A stretch of DNA of 39,009 nt. Origin: Caedibacter sp. Its GTDB lineage: Bacteria; Pseudomonadota; Gammaproteobacteria; Francisellales; Francisellaceae. The position numbers and the translations under genes are program-made. Every line of letters begins with the position of its first letter. Within the stretch, counting starts at the first letter, position 1. Shown in pieces: positions 27,972 to 38,472 of this stretch. Where the stretch lies: contig JAHDDB010000002.1 in assembly GCA_020629575.1 (NCBI GenBank), positions 1 through 39,009 of the forward strand, read 5' to 3'. The notes beneath the pieces were generated by a model. That model saw only the letters and a program-made list of their open reading frames with translations. It did no database searches and was not told the DNA's origin.

Positions 27972-29246
27972 TCACAAAGTAATATCTTTTGTTCTAACTT
28001 CCTTAAAAAAGAATGCAATCACAAAGGATAGTAACATTAAAACAGGAATTAAAACCATCATATATTGATAGGCCTGATGAAGACCATGCGAGCCCTTAAA
28101 GAGCTGTAATAGGAAACCAGACAGAGGTTGCAATACCGCGCCACTTAGCGGCAAAAACAAGTTAATAAAAGCAATGCCAACACCTAACTGCTTATCATGA
28201 ACATGTCCTTTAATCATTGAGAAATTAAGCACATGCGCACTTTGCATTGCACCAAATAAAAAGCATAGCAAATAGATAAAATATACATTTAAATCAACGT
28301 AAATGAGTAATAGCACAACAACAAAGCCAATAATCGGCGCCCATACTAAGAGAACTTTGTCCTTATTTATAATTGTCGCTAATGTACCCCAGATTGGACT
28401 TGAAATAGCAACCGAAATAAAAATCAAACTACAAGCAAATGCCGCTTGCGCTTCAGTGATATGATGGACACTACTTAAGTAGCTAATTCCCCATAAATCA
28501 GCAAAGACAACGGTTGTACCATAGATGGTGAAAAAATATAGTCCATTTAACAAAAGTTGGCGATTTTTAACCATTTTACCTAACGCTAAAATTTGCTGCC
28601 AAACTGTCTCTTGGTGAATCAAATGACGCTTTCTATCCATTGAAGGGTGTTTACGTATAAAAAGCGCACTCACCAAAAACAACACCAAACTGATTATTGC
28701 GACCACAAAAAACACTTCAGAAACCGTGTAGTGATCCAAAAACAGTACCAAAGGCAATGCAGAGAGCGCACCTCCGGCATAGCAGCTAAACTGAGTGAAG
28801 CCGACAAACATTGAAAACAATCGATCTGGCAACCATAGTGATAATGATTTTAACGCACACAAAATGCCAAATCCTCCAGCAAAACCCGCGATGACGCGTG
28901 CCAAGATCATCACAATGGGATTATGACTTAGTGAGAACATAAACATTGCCACGGTAAACAAAAACGTACTACAAACCATGATACGCTTCACACCAAAGCG
29001 ATCGACCAACAGCCCTGCTGGAATTTGTGAAATCACATAGGATAGATAAAACGCCGAACCTAAAATAGCAATCGTTGATGAGTCAAAACCATAGTCATTA
29101 CGTAATGACAATGCCAAGGCATTGGTCGATGAACGCACAAAATATTCAAAGCCATAAAAAAGCGCACAAATACTCCAAATAAAAAGCCCCAGTGCGGTTA
29201 GTTTTTTGACGGTGTTGTTTACGGTATCAGCATGATTAGAATGCAC
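27972..29246 (-). CDS. MFS transporter
   Basis: About 12 TM helices and motif A (QIPAGLLVDRFGVKR). Confidence 0.92.
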   Translation of the reverse strand: MHSNHADTVNNTVKKLTALGLFIWSICALFYGFEYFVRSSTNALALSLRNDYGFDSSTIAILGSAFYLSYVISQIPAGLLVDRFGVKRIMVCSTFLFTVAMFMFSLSHNPIVMILARVIAGFAGGFGILCALKSLSLWLPDRLFSMFVGFTQFSCYAGGALSALPLVLFLDHYTVSEVFFVVAIISLVLFLVSALFIRKHPSMDRKRHLIHQETVWQQILALGKMVKNRQLLLNGLYFFTIYGTTVVFADLWGISYLSSVHHITEAQAAFACSLIFISVAISSPIWGTLATIINKDKVLLVWAPIIGFVVVLLLIYVDLNVYFIYLLCFLFGAMQSAHVLNFSMIKGHVHDKQLGVGIAFINLFLPLSGAVLQPLSGFLLQLFKGSHGLHQAYQYMMVLIPVLMLLSFVIAFFFKEVRTKDITL

Positions 29247-29271
29247 GTTATCCCCTTTTATCTTCTAAATC

Positions 29272-30660
29272 TTAAATAATAAAATGATATACTTTCGTGA
29301 AATCACCCATATTTACAATCCATAGTAAGGTTGTTTTATTCGACTTAATGTCAACCGGCGTCTCTTTTAATGCAATATCCAGTGTATATTTTCCCGGCGT
29401 ATATTGCTGCTCGAATAGTTGAATATTATTAGGCAATAGTAGCCAGCTGCGTTCATCTGCTTGTGCGGTCATAAAGCTATAAATGGAGCCTGCTAACAAA
29501 CCCCAACCCCCGGCTTGGTTACTCGCCTCATAAGTTGCCAGTGATTTCACAACCAAACGAATCACTTCACGGGTAATAATCGCAGGGTACTCTTCAGTTA
29601 ATGACTTCATTGCCATTTGTGTGGTATTAACCAATAGTGAAGTTCGCCCTTTATCGATGATTTTCTTATCTTGTGTGATGTATAAGTCTTTTGCGGGCAA
29701 CAAAGTATACGTTGAAGGGTAATAAGCCACCGCAACCTCTTGCAACCCAAGTTTGCCTAAAAAGAGTGGTAGCTTAAACGCCTGTCGTGGAGTGACAAAA
29801 CCTTGCTCATAAAGCACAACCAAACGCCCTTTGCCAGAGGCATAGGCGTTACCGCCATTAAAGCCACGCTCAATCTCATCATAAGTACGTAAAACATAAG
29901 GGTTATCAGGCAAAAGTCTTTTGGCATCTTTGATCGAGACAAAGGCGTTATTGTAATTATCATCAAACGCTTGGTATAAAATGCTCGCCAGATAATAACC
30001 AAAGCCATTTTCATAAGCGTTACTGGCATCTTTGACCGCACTAAACATCTGATTGATCTCGGGTGATTTGTTAAGCCCTAGTTTATCCTCATTAATTCCT
30101 GCTTTATTCGTGTCTTTTTGATATTTGTTTTGCAAGTCTCCTGCCATTAACTTTTGCTGATATGTCCAATACTGTGCATTACTTAACTGACGAATAGCCA
30201 CAAGCGCACCACTTAGGTCATTTTCAGATAAGTAATTCAATGCCTGGTACGGATATAAAAATGTCATTGCATAATCAGGCGTTGAAAATGGTAACTCACG
30301 ATCATTAGTGAGTACCGCCCCCATATTTTCTAACATTTTAGATACTTGAACTTTCGCTGCCATTTTACTGGTTGCCACGGTTTGAATGACTGTTTGATAA
30401 TCTTTCTTAGACTCGGCAATATTGCCATTTAATTGCGCTAAACGCGCCTGCTCTAACAAATATAAGTTATCAGTTGTCGGCTTATCACCAAACGCTTCAA
30501 CAAATGCCTTTTGTGCTTCGGGGATATTCCCACTTGCCGCATCTGCCTTTACTTGCTTCATTTTTTCGGGGTAGGATGCTGAAAAAGTCGCACATCCTGA
30601 TAACATCAACGCGCTAACACACAATAGACTTAACGCGCTATTTTTAATTATTTCTGCCAT
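29272..30660 (-). CDS. conserved helical-repeat lipoprotein (COG3014-like)
   Basis: Lipobox LSGC; motifs LYLLEQARLAQ, YQALNYL, VVLYEQGFV and ADERSWLLLP. This family is typically found next to lpoB. Confidence 0.75.
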   Translation of the reverse strand: MAEIIKNSALSLLCVSALMLSGCATFSASYPEKMKQVKADAASGNIPEAQKAFVEAFGDKPTTDNLYLLEQARLAQLNGNIAESKKDYQTVIQTVATSKMAAKVQVSKMLENMGAVLTNDRELPFSTPDYAMTFLYPYQALNYLSENDLSGALVAIRQLSNAQYWTYQQKLMAGDLQNKYQKDTNKAGINEDKLGLNKSPEINQMFSAVKDASNAYENGFGYYLASILYQAFDDNYNNAFVSIKDAKRLLPDNPYVLRTYDEIERGFNGGNAYASGKGRLVVLYEQGFVTPRQAFKLPLFLGKLGLQEVAVAYYPSTYTLLPAKDLYITQDKKIIDKGRTSLLVNTTQMAMKSLTEEYPAIITREVIRLVVKSLATYEASNQAGGWGLLAGSIYSFMTAQADERSWLLLPNNIQLFEQQYTPGKYTLDIALKETPVDIKSNKTTLLWIVNMGDFTKVYHFII

Positions 30661-30675
30661 TACCTTAATCCAAAC

Positions 30676-31887
30676 TCACTGCTTTGTAGGATAAACTTGT
30701 AAACCCCTGACAACCTTACCAACCTGACCTGAGAGCACTTTTGCTATCGCATATTTGGGTGTCACACTCGTTACTTCTATCTCAGCAAATTTTTTACCTT
30801 GTATTGGAATATGCTCGCCCGTACTTGGATCGATTACCGTATCTGCTTTAGCATGGACTTCAAATTTTTGACCAACTTGCACGCGATCACCCCCTTGATT
30901 AAGATAAATATCATCACCCTGAACGGTTAATATCGTCAATGGATAAATCAACCCAATCACTTCATTAGCAATTTGTTGCCCTGCTTTGTCAAACAAAGAC
31001 TGTGCAATCGCATTTACCTCTGTGTCTTCTGAGTTCATCTCTTTTGCAACATCGGATGATGGTAAGTAAACTTTAACACTATCTGACCATTTGATTGCCA
31101 TCGTTGCCGTTTCAATGACGCGATAGTTAATGACCAAACCAACATGCCATGTTTTGAAATCCTCACCATAAAACTCTTTTTTGGTTTGATAAAAATCAAA
31201 GCTTGCAATATCACCAACCACCATAAAATCCGCACCAATCAACTGCTTAATGCGCGCTTTTTCAGCTGGCTTGGCATGCCCTGATTCCAGCACTGCCATT
31301 TCATCTTTATATGCACCAAAATCTTCGGCACTACGACTGACCACATTAAACTTGCGCGACTGGACAAACTGGTTTTGCAATGCTTCTTGAATCATTGGTT
31401 TGACTTGCTCTAAACCGATTAAGCCATTAATTGATCCAGGCATGAAATGAAAAGGTGTCAAAGCAATTGAGTAAAGCTTGAGCTTCTCACGCTCATCAAC
31501 ATTTTGATATTCACTCATTTTGACAACAACCGTTAGCTGCCATACACCATCAACCTCTTTGCTATCAATCACATCATAACCATTGATTAAGCCTTTGGTT
31601 GCAGTTTTAATGCTCGATTCATAGCTTTTTGATAACTTAATATCTGCCTTTACATCACCATAATCACTGGTTTTGGCATCAATATTCGCATCAAACGTTT
31701 TATTAATCGACCGCTCAATTGACGACACATCGACACCATTGATTTGTGATACTGCTTGAACTAAGGCGCTTTTTAAAGCCTTGTCATAAGTCTTACCAAC
31801 ACCTGTGACATTTTTTGATACTTCCGTCACCTGTGCAAAAAGTACAGCAGGCAACAAAGAAAGCGCTAATATCGTTTTTTTAATCAT
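30676..31887 (-). CDS. exported CsgG/HfaB-like protein with FlgT-like N- and C-terminal domains
   Basis: Signal peptide; ALKSALVQAVSQING N-terminal domain; central FVQSRKFNVVSR...IGADFMVVGDI; C-terminal YLNQGGDRVQVG. Confidence 0.7.
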   Translation of the reverse strand: MIKKTILALSLLPAVLFAQVTEVSKNVTGVGKTYDKALKSALVQAVSQINGVDVSSIERSINKTFDANIDAKTSDYGDVKADIKLSKSYESSIKTATKGLINGYDVIDSKEVDGVWQLTVVVKMSEYQNVDEREKLKLYSIALTPFHFMPGSINGLIGLEQVKPMIQEALQNQFVQSRKFNVVSRSAEDFGAYKDEMAVLESGHAKPAEKARIKQLIGADFMVVGDIASFDFYQTKKEFYGEDFKTWHVGLVINYRVIETATMAIKWSDSVKVYLPSSDVAKEMNSEDTEVNAIAQSLFDKAGQQIANEVIGLIYPLTILTVQGDDIYLNQGGDRVQVGQKFEVHAKADTVIDPSTGEHIPIQGKKFAEIEVTSVTPKYAIAKVLSGQVGKVVRGLQVYPTKQ

Positions 31888-31896
31888 TATCGATTC

Positions 31897-32046
31897 TCAC
31901 TTAAAATTGATGTAAATAAGGATTGTCATTGAAGAGTTTAAGAAATTAGCATAGTTTGCTTCAGCAACTGCACGTGCTTGCGCCACTGCGATATCCAAAG
32001 AGTTAGCCAAGCCGCAACGTTGATAACCAAATTGCGCATAAGATAA
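31897..32046 (-). pseudogene. possible coding remnant within the lpoB operon
   Basis: A stop-to-stop frame without an N-terminal start reads LSYAQFGYQRCGLANSLDIAVAQARAVAEANYANFLNSSM. Confidence 0.4.
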
Positions 32047-32052
32047 CTAGAA

Positions 32053-32682
32053 TTACCAGCCAAAAGAGCTACGCTTTTGTACTTTGCGAATCTGTTTTTG
32101 ATCTTGCCAAACAATAATGCCTGTTTTTAGATCGATCATTTTTAATGTAATCAAATAAAATAAAGAGTGCTGATCACTATTCATCGATTGCATATCAGCA
32201 ATGCTGCCATAAATCATATATTGTGCACCGATTTGTTGACCCATCTTCGTCGCTGTTGCTTGATCGACCATACCAGATTCAGACTGATAATCCATCTGCT
32301 CTTTCATTTGCTTGACTTGCGACATATCAGTGAACTGGAATTTACCACTATTGATAATCTCAGTTGAAACGGTATTCGCTAGCATGCCTGTATTAATATG
32401 CTCTGCGGTTTCATTCTTAATCGTACTAAAGAATACCACCGGTTGTTTACCACCCGCTGTAATACGTGCAATCGCTGGAGATGCGAGCATGCCACCAACC
32501 ATTTTCTGCGTTGTCGTTTGCAAGTCTGTTGAGTTGAAATTGATTGATGTCGTATCGACACCCTGCGGATCTACATAGCTAACATTATTGCCAGAACTTG
32601 CACAGCCTGCTAGTAAGCCAATAGATAATAATGCCGGTAGCATATAAATTGATTTGGTTTTTAACTCTTCTTTCATATTCAT
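32053..32682 (-). CDS. lpoB: penicillin-binding protein activator LpoB
   Basis: Lipobox LAGC; motifs STDLQ, IKNETAEHIN, GAQYMIYGSI and TGIIVWQDQKQIRK; GGAG RBS before ATG 32682. Confidence 0.85.
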   Translation of the reverse strand: MNMKEELKTKSIYMLPALLSIGLLAGCASSGNNVSYVDPQGVDTTSINFNSTDLQTTTQKMVGGMLASPAIARITAGGKQPVVFFSTIKNETAEHINTGMLANTVSTEIINSGKFQFTDMSQVKQMKEQMDYQSESGMVDQATATKMGQQIGAQYMIYGSIADMQSMNSDQHSLFYLITLKMIDLKTGIIVWQDQKQIRKVQKRSSFGW

Positions 32683-32808
32683 CGTATTCACTCCATAATC
32701 CTTAGAATCCAAAATTCAACCGAGATTTTATTGAAAAAAAATCTCACTTTCAAATTTTATTTATTATACACACAGCTATTTTTTATTTTTTGATCATAAA
32801 CGTTACAA

Positions 32809-33552
32809 TTAAGCGCCAAAGTGACACAAACCATTGGCCTTTAAAGTAATCGTTGAACATTGCTGCCATAATTTCTCATTGGTAATCTTTCCTGTTTTGT
32901 CAGCATAAGTATAATAACCATCTTTAGTTAAGCCACAGACTTTAGCACATTGCAAAGCTTCCTGCTGATCAATACGATACCAATATTGCGTGCGCCCAAA
33001 CAATGAGAAACCAACATAACCACGCACATAGAGCTTTTTGCCATTTTCTTGTGTTTGAATCTTGCAACTATAGACTTTGCCACTGGATGGATCCAAGATT
33101 GAACCATCTTCATATAACGCTCCATCTGATCCATCTTTGTCACCATCCTTGTCAAAACTCCACATCATTTTCAAGCCTTGCACTTGATTGTTTGGATAGC
33201 TTGAATAGTCAAACTTATACCCATTTTCATCGCCCTTGCCACAGTTTTTGCACGAGACATCAGGCACTTGTTTTTTGTCATCAACAATATTAACAAAAGG
33301 CACAATAATCTTACCTTCAAGCTTGCCATCTTTACCTTTGTAAACTTGTAAAATTGACTGTGCTTGTTTGCCATCATCGGTATACTGCAACCAATAACCA
33401 ACGGGTGAATACAGATTGTGCGCTTTATGCATTCTAGCAATTGTTTGATCATTATACGACTTCACTGAAGCTTGATCAGTGGCTGCTTGCGATAGCCCGA
33501 TACTGACAGTTACAGACATTGAAGCGAGTAATGCTATATATTTTCCTTTCAT
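32809..33552 (-). CDS. DUF2147 family exported protein
   Basis: Signal peptide; motifs SPVGYW, GSILDPSSGKVY and LYVRGYVGFSLFGRTQYW. Confidence 0.88.
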   Translation of the reverse strand: MKGKYIALLASMSVTVSIGLSQAATDQASVKSYNDQTIARMHKAHNLYSPVGYWLQYTDDGKQAQSILQVYKGKDGKLEGKIIVPFVNIVDDKKQVPDVSCKNCGKGDENGYKFDYSSYPNNQVQGLKMMWSFDKDGDKDGSDGALYEDGSILDPSSGKVYSCKIQTQENGKKLYVRGYVGFSLFGRTQYWYRIDQQEALQCAKVCGLTKDGYYTYADKTGKITNEKLWQQCSTITLKANGLCHFGA

Positions 33553-33566
33553 CTTGTTTCCTTAGT

Positions 33567-33616
33567 TTTTTTATTGATATTGCGCCATAGATACTTGCAG
33601 TTGCAATAACCACTCT
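33567..33616 (-). pseudogene. possible C-terminal remnant of a PIN/VapC toxin
   Basis: RVVIATASIYGAISIKK begins at the antitoxin stop and resembles the PIN motif DR-hh-h-ATA-xxx-G-xxhhT-xD. Confidence 0.5.
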
Positions 33617-33839
33617 ACGCAAGATCCCAATTACTATCAGCCACAGGCACGGTTGGAGCCTCAAACTTCATTACTGAGTTTCCCAACACATCCAACGGCA
33701 TTCCCTTCTTTATTAATGAAATCATTAATGATGGCTTACCATGATTTGTAATAATAAATGGCTGCCCCGTTTTTTCTATCGTAAGGAAACACTCTAAAGC
33801 ATGTGTTTTAAAATTTGATTTAGAAATTTGCTTACTCAT
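33615..33839 (-). CDS. Phd/YefM family antitoxin
   Basis: MSKQISKSNFKTHALE..IEKTGQPFIITNHGKP, 74 aa, with an AGGTGG RBS. Confidence 0.85.
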   Translation of the reverse strand: MSKQISKSNFKTHALECFLTIEKTGQPFIITNHGKPSLMISLIKKGMPLDVLGNSVMKFEAPTVPVADSNWDLA

Positions 33840-34061
33840 AAACAATGACCACCTATAATGATTATATCCATACTTTAGCCTCAAAACAGAGCAATGCAAA
33901 CATTAATAGTTAGACTCCGCACCCTAAAAATTAAAGCATTAATGACGACAACGCAAGATAAACACTATTGATACTAGTCGTTTCTTAAAAATTTCGCTAA
34001 CATACTGGCAATTTATTAAATACTTAATACCGCTACTTAGAACATACAATTGGATAATAGA

Positions 34062-36491
34062 ATGCAACAAACTTACGACTTCACCCAATTAGAAAAGCAA
34101 ATTCAAGCCTTCTGGCAAGATAATCAATCTTTTAAAGCCGTTAAAGATACCAGTAAAGAAAAGTTTTATAGCTTATCAATGCTACCCTATCCAAGTGGCA
34201 CATTGCATATGGGGCACGTGCGTAATTATACCCTAGGTGATGTCGTTAGCCGCTATCAACGCATGCTTGGTAAAAATGTATTGCAACCAATGGGTTGGGA
34301 TGCCTTTGGTTTGCCCGCTGAAAATGCTGCTATCAAACATCAAAAAGCACCTGCTGATTGGACATATAGCAATATCGCTTATATGAAAAAGCAGTTACAG
34401 TCTTTAGGCTTTGGTTATGACTGGGATCGCGAGCTTGCAACATGTGATGATAGTTATTACAAGTGGGAACAGTGGTTTTTTATTGAGCTTTACAACAAAG
34501 GCTTAGTCTATCGCAAAAACTCCGTAGTTAACTGGGATCCCATTGATCAGACTGTTCTTGCCAATGAACAAGTTGTTGATGGTCGTGGTTGGCGCTCAGG
34601 TGCACTTGTTGAGAAAAAAGAAATCCCTCAATGGTTTGTTAAAATCACGGACTATGCCGATGAGCTTTTACAAGATCTAGACAAGCTAAAAGGTTGGCCT
34701 GACGCGGTTAAAATCATGCAGACTAATTGGATTGGTAAATCTGAAGGCACAACGGTAACATTTGATGTCAACGGCACTAAACTTGATGTTTTCACCACAC
34801 GCCCTGATACCTTAATGGGTGTCACTTATTTAGCAATTGCTGCTGAGCACCCGCTCGCGTTACAAGCTGCTAAAGATAGTACTGAGATTGCTGAGTTTAT
34901 TAAACAGTGTCAGCAAACCTCAACCATGGAAGCAGATCTTGCCACACAAGAAAAACTTGGCATTAAAACACCTTTTTATGCAACACATCCTATCACTGGT
35001 GATAAGGTTGAAGTCTGGATTGCTAACTTTGTCTTAATGAGTTATGGCACAGGGGCTGTGATGTCAGTACCTGCGCACGATGAGCGTGATTGGGAATTTG
35101 CACATAAATACAACATTCCATTAAAACAAGTCATCAAAACGACTGAGGGTAACACTGACCTTAGCAAAGGTGCGATTACTGAAAAAGGCACTTTAATCAA
35201 TTCAGGACAATTTAATGGCCTTGATTTTGATACTGCTTTCAGCAAGATTGCTGAATATCTCATTACCAATAACACAGGCGAGATCACCACCAATTTTAGA
35301 ATTCGCGACTGGGGTATTTCGCGCCAACGCTATTGGGGCTGTCCTATTCCAATGATTCATTGTGAAAATTGCGGCATCGTCCCTGAAAAGGAAGAAAACC
35401 TACCTGTCAAACTACCTCAAGATGTCGCATTGACAGGGGCTACCTCACCCCTTAAGATAATGCCTGAATTTTACCAAACGACTTGCCCACAATGTGGCAG
35501 CAAAGCCACACGCGAGACAGATACCTTTGACACTTTTATGGAGTCTTCGTGGTATTACGCACGCTACACTTGTCCAACAGCTGATAAGATGCTTGATGAT
35601 GAAGCCAACTACTGGCTGCCTGTTGATCAGTATATTGGTGGTATTGAGCATGCGATTATGCATCTGTTATATGCGCGCTTTTTCCATAAACTGATGCGTG
35701 ACGCGGGTCTTGTCACCAGTAGTGAGCCATTTAATAACTTATTAACACAAGGCATGGTACTAAAAGATGGCGCTAAAATGTCAAAATCAAAAGGTAACAC
35801 GGTTGACCCGCAAGCTTTGATTGAACAATATGGTGCCGATACCGTGCGTTTATTTAGCATGTTCGCAGCTCCGCCTGAGCAATCACTTGAGTGGTCTGAT
35901 TCAGGTGTAGAAGGCGCACACAGATTCTTAAAGAAAATATGGAGCTATATTCATAGCCATCATGACAAGATTGACCTTCAGCACACCTTGAGCCTTGATA
36001 AGTTAAGCAACGACGATAAAAAGGTACGCTTTGAAATCTATAGCGTATTAAAACAAGCGCTCTTTGATTTTGATAAGATGCAGTTTAATACGGTTGTTTC
36101 AGCATGTATGAAGATTTTTAATAGTTTACAAAATGCCACAAACAGTGCTGTTATTACCGAAGGCGTGAGCATTTTGCTGCGTTTATTAGCGCCATTTACC
36201 CCACACATTGCACAAGCTTTGTGGTCAGAGCTTAATTTTGGTGATGATATTTTAAATGCAGGATTCCCGCAAATTGATAACCAAGCGCTTATTAGTGACA
36301 ACTTTACTCTAGTGGTACAAGTCAATGGCAAGTTGCGTGCCAAGATGGATGTCTCAAGCACACTTACTGCCAAAGAAATCGAGGCTATGGTTATTGCTGA
36401 TGAGGTAGTCAGCAAATTTCTTGAAGGAAAAACAATTAAAAAGGCCATTTACGTGCCGAAAAAATTAATGAATCTAGTGATTGGAGCCTAA
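34062..36491 (+). CDS. leuS: leucine--tRNA ligase
   Basis: Motifs [37 protein letters not shown] and KMSKS. ATG at 34062. Confidence 0.98.
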   Translation: MQQTYDFTQLEKQIQAFWQDNQSFKAVKDTSKEKFYSLSMLPYPSGTLHMGHVRNYTLGDVVSRYQRMLGKNVLQPMGWDAFGLPAENAAIKHQKAPADWTYSNIAYMKKQLQSLGFGYDWDRELATCDDSYYKWEQWFFIELYNKGLVYRKNSVVNWDPIDQTVLANEQVVDGRGWRSGALVEKKEIPQWFVKITDYADELLQDLDKLKGWPDAVKIMQTNWIGKSEGTTVTFDVNGTKLDVFTTRPDTLMGVTYLAIAAEHPLALQAAKDSTEIAEFIKQCQQTSTMEADLATQEKLGIKTPFYATHPITGDKVEVWIANFVLMSYGTGAVMSVPAHDERDWEFAHKYNIPLKQVIKTTEGNTDLSKGAITEKGTLINSGQFNGLDFDTAFSKIAEYLITNNTGEITTNFRIRDWGISRQRYWGCPIPMIHCENCGIVPEKEENLPVKLPQDVALTGATSPLKIMPEFYQTTCPQCGSKATRETDTFDTFMESSWYYARYTCPTADKMLDDEANYWLPVDQYIGGIEHAIMHLLYARFFHKLMRDAGLVTSSEPFNNLLTQGMVLKDGAKMSKSKGNTVDPQALIEQYGADTVRLFSMFAAPPEQSLEWSDSGVEGAHRFLKKIWSYIHSHHDKIDLQHTLSLDKLSNDDKKVRFEIYSVLKQALFDFDKMQFNTVVSACMKIFNSLQNATNSAVITEGVSILLRLLAPFTPHIAQALWSELNFGDDILNAGFPQIDNQALISDNFTLVVQVNGKLRAKMDVSSTLTAKEIEAMVIADEVVSKFLEGKTIKKAIYVPKKLMNLVIGA

Positions 36492-36494
36492 TGA

Positions 36495-37097
36495 ATGATG
36501 CATTATTTACGCTTTAAAACCGTTAATCTTAAATTACTGATTATCGCATTGTTTGTTACTTTGCTTTATGGCTGCGGCTTTCACTTACGCGGTTGGAACG
36601 AGGGCATGCCTAAGTTTATGCAAAAAGTATATATCAGCTACAATGGTAACGAATTTGGCTTTATCAATGCATTAAACTCCATTGTCACCTCAACAGGTGC
36701 TGATATTGTGACTTCTGCCAAAGAGGCTAATATTATCATTCACATTAAGTCTGCTGCACAAAGTAGTCGCCTAGTCGGCATCACCGGTGGCGCATCTTCC
36801 AATGACTACATCATGAGTTATACAGTGAGTTATGATATTTTAAATAACAAAAACCAAATTATCCTCAAAGATCAAATCAACTCCGCACAACAAACGTATA
36901 CCACAAATGCAACGCAACAGCTAAGTAATAACTCACAACAGCAACAAATTTACAACAGCCTGCAATCACAAGTGGCAAGTAATATTATTGTGCAGATGCA
37001 GAGTATTACTTTAGAAAAATATAATGCTTCCTCCAGTGACAAATCTGAAACACAATCAATGTCTAGCCATAACGAAGTAGAAGTTACTAAAAAGTAG
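36495..37097 (+). CDS. lptE: LPS assembly lipoprotein LptE
   Basis: Lipobox LYGCGFHLRG, directly after leuS (conserved synteny). Confidence 0.88.
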   Translation: MMHYLRFKTVNLKLLIIALFVTLLYGCGFHLRGWNEGMPKFMQKVYISYNGNEFGFINALNSIVTSTGADIVTSAKEANIIIHIKSAAQSSRLVGITGGASSNDYIMSYTVSYDILNNKNQIILKDQINSAQQTYTTNATQQLSNNSQQQQIYNSLQSQVASNIIVQMQSITLEKYNASSSDKSETQSMSSHNEVEVTKK

Positions 37098-37161
37098 GCG
37101 CCTTCAAACTAATGATGATTACGCATTGACTAAATATTTACCCAAAAGGGCTCACCGTACC

Positions 37162-37262
37162 CTGAGCATAAGTCGAAGGGCAATCACACTTCATAGAGGC
37201 TTCGACTTACGCTCAGCCAGCGTTTACATAATCGAAGTGGGCGGGCACATGGTTTATAGCCA
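37162..37262. repeat. family A composite element (inverted doublet + tail)
   Basis: CTGAGCATAAGTCGAAG (37162-37178), CTTCGACTTACGCTCAG (37200-37216), and a tail ending TATAGCCA. Confidence 0.92.
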
Positions 37263-37286
37263 ATGATTTATGCAGTGGGCATATAA

Positions 37287-38426
37287 TTAAAACGAATATG
37301 CAATCGTTGTTGATGTCACGGTATTAACACGTTTCTTATTGGAGCTTGCCCAACTGCTACCATTGATTTGGAAGCCCAATTGCAAAATAAGATTCTTGTA
37401 AATCTCCGTCGATAAGGTGCTATTGGTCTGATAAGTCGTTGCATCATCTGCTGTCCAGTTGACTAAAATACTTTGCTTAAAGCTAGAGCTATCGGTAAAG
37501 TTCCATACATAGTCTAACCCACCCTGCGCACCGAGCGCATTGGAAAACTCGCCAGTATCCTTGACTTTTTGTTGCGTTAAACTTGGACCGATAGATGACG
37601 TTAAACTCATCTTGTCATTACTATACAGCTGACGCTGATAACCGATAGACTCTGATAAGATATAGGTGTAGGTATCTAACTGATCATTCAAGTAATTAAC
37701 CCGACCATAAACACCATTATTTTTATCGAAGTTCCATGAGCTTGTTCCTGTTGCTTGGAATTTATTGGTTTTAACGCCTTTACCATCAGGCATATCATCG
37801 CGATTATACAAATAGCTCATCACCAATGTATTTTTCCATGGGATAATCGGATTATAACTAATATTAGCATTACCATTATAGTTAGTTGCCGCGGAATTTC
37901 CCGTGACGATGCTGCCACCCAAACCAAAGCTAGTACCTTTCCAAGGGTCTGCAACGGCTATGTTTGGCTTCTTCTGCGATACCGCATCATCATTGGCAAT
38001 ACCTTCTGGCAGATTTAGACTATTAAGTGAAGACGTAGATTGCACCTGTGATGTTGCTGCAGTATCGGTACTTGATTCAGATGCTTGCTTTGGCTGAACT
38101 GCTGATTTTTTCTGCTCCTGCAATGCATCACCCCAAGGGCTAAGCACTGCGTCACTGTCAACTGGTACTTCGGCGTCCGCAACGGAGCTATCCGTTTTTT
38201 GTGTAACTTCACTTGTTTTTACGCTTTGTGCTTTATCACTTGGGTTAGCTTTAGTGCTACCAGCATTAGCAATTGCCTGATAATGTTTGGCTAAATCTTC
38301 ATAACTTTGCGCTAATGCACGATATTTCTGTGCCATAGTTTGTGCGTCATCAGGACTCATTGCATAAACTGCTGTTACGTTAAGCGTCCCTATCAATACA
38401 GCTAAAGCAGTTAGCCTTTTTGTCAT
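37287..38426 (-). CDS. DUF481/YdiY-like outer-membrane beta-barrel with a long N-terminal extension
   Basis: Signal peptide; the barrel begins at PWKGTSFGLGGSIVTGNS; amphipathic strands; C-terminal YSF. Confidence 0.8.
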   Translation of the reverse strand: MTKRLTALAVLIGTLNVTAVYAMSPDDAQTMAQKYRALAQSYEDLAKHYQAIANAGSTKANPSDKAQSVKTSEVTQKTDSSVADAEVPVDSDAVLSPWGDALQEQKKSAVQPKQASESSTDTAATSQVQSTSSLNSLNLPEGIANDDAVSQKKPNIAVADPWKGTSFGLGGSIVTGNSAATNYNGNANISYNPIIPWKNTLVMSYLYNRDDMPDGKGVKTNKFQATGTSSWNFDKNNGVYGRVNYLNDQLDTYTYILSESIGYQRQLYSNDKMSLTSSIGPSLTQQKVKDTGEFSNALGAQGGLDYVWNFTDSSSFKQSILVNWTADDATTYQTNSTLSTEIYKNLILQLGFQINGSSWASSNKKRVNTVTSTTIAYSF

Positions 38427-38472
38427 CGTTCACTCCAATTGTTTTGTTTTATTTTTATTTACTTTTTATTCA

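Noticed and set aside
36038-36448. 136-aa minus-strand ORF and the other 60-105 aa ORFs overlapping long genes
   Set aside because: They are antisense or off-frame shadows of well-supported housekeeping genes.
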